From assembly GCF_963921235.1 (NCBI RefSeq), contig NC_086109.1, positions 1,178,001-1,242,000 on the forward strand: a DNA stretch of 64,000 nt, written 5' to 3'. The position numbers and the translations under genes were made by a program. The notes below the pieces were generated by a model that worked only from the letters and a program-made list of their open reading frames with translations, was not told the origin of the DNA and searched no databases. The stretch is from Mobula hypostoma (taxonomy: Eukaryota). This document shows, piece after piece, positions 63,313 through 64,000 of this stretch (position 1 is the stretch's first letter; each line of letters begins with the position of its first letter).

Positions 63313-64000
63313 ATAAACATCTTGTACAACTGTAATATAACAACCTAACTCTTATATGAGTGCCTTGGCTGATGAAGACAAGCATGCCACACTTCCTGGC
63401 TATCCTGTCAACATGAGTTCTTATTTTCAGGGAACTATGCATTTATACCCAAATATCTGTCTGTTTGACACCACACTCAGGGCCCTGATAAGATCTGTCT
63501 GTCTGATAAGACCTGCTCTGCTTTAACTTCCCAACATGTATTACTTTGCACCTATAGTCAAACTCCATCTGCCATTTTTTTGACCACTTTTGCAGTTGAT
63601 TTAAATCATGTTGTGACCTTAGACTACCTCATCACTGTTTACCCCACTATCAGTTTTATGTGTTAGTTGCAAACTTACTAACTGTGCCAAATACATACTC
63701 ATCCGATAGATGACAAACAACACAAGATCCAGTATTGATCCCTGCAGCACATCCTCTAATACCACACGCTGACTCCTGTCGCTAGTTCAATGTGTTATGT
63801 AATGAGCTAGCTCACCGTGGGTCCCAGGTAATTTAAGCTTCCGGATTAGCCTAGCATATTGGACCTTGTGAAAGTTTCCGTAGAGAGCATCTACGACTCT
63901 GTCCTTGTCAATTATATTGGTTACCTTTGCAAAAGGAAATCACATTTTTGAGATATGCTTTCACATGCAAAATACCACACTGTTAATCCTTAATTGGTTC

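Overview
Repeat-dense eukaryotic DNA, most likely from a cartilaginous fish. That assignment is inferred from the repeat inventory: many CR1 LINEs with an esterase ORF1, an HE1/V-SINE-like element, and Penelope pLTR repeats. Almost every ORF in the track is a transposon remnant or a low-complexity artefact. One host gene is visible on the - strand: a 52-nt signal-peptide exon (51922-51973) splices in phase 1 to a 324-nt cysteine-less IgV exon (20095-20418) of CD2/SLAM/CEACAM-N type. Its remaining exons are not securely seen. Other contents: an 8.3-kb C/T/A satellite interrupted by a near-full-length CR1; a TSD-flanked Gmr1-like LTR retrotransposon (PBS-Pro, PR-INT-RT-RH order, internally deleted); a degraded retroviral env; RTE, R4-like, Rex1/Babar and Tc1 remnants; and 46/47-bp and ~60-bp minisatellites. 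A Penelope-like element carries a minimal hammerhead ribozyme in its pLTR. Five short pLTR-derived insertions are dispersed through the window, including a 111-bp TSD-flanked unit with an intact hammerhead core and a 57-bp-arm perfect hairpin.
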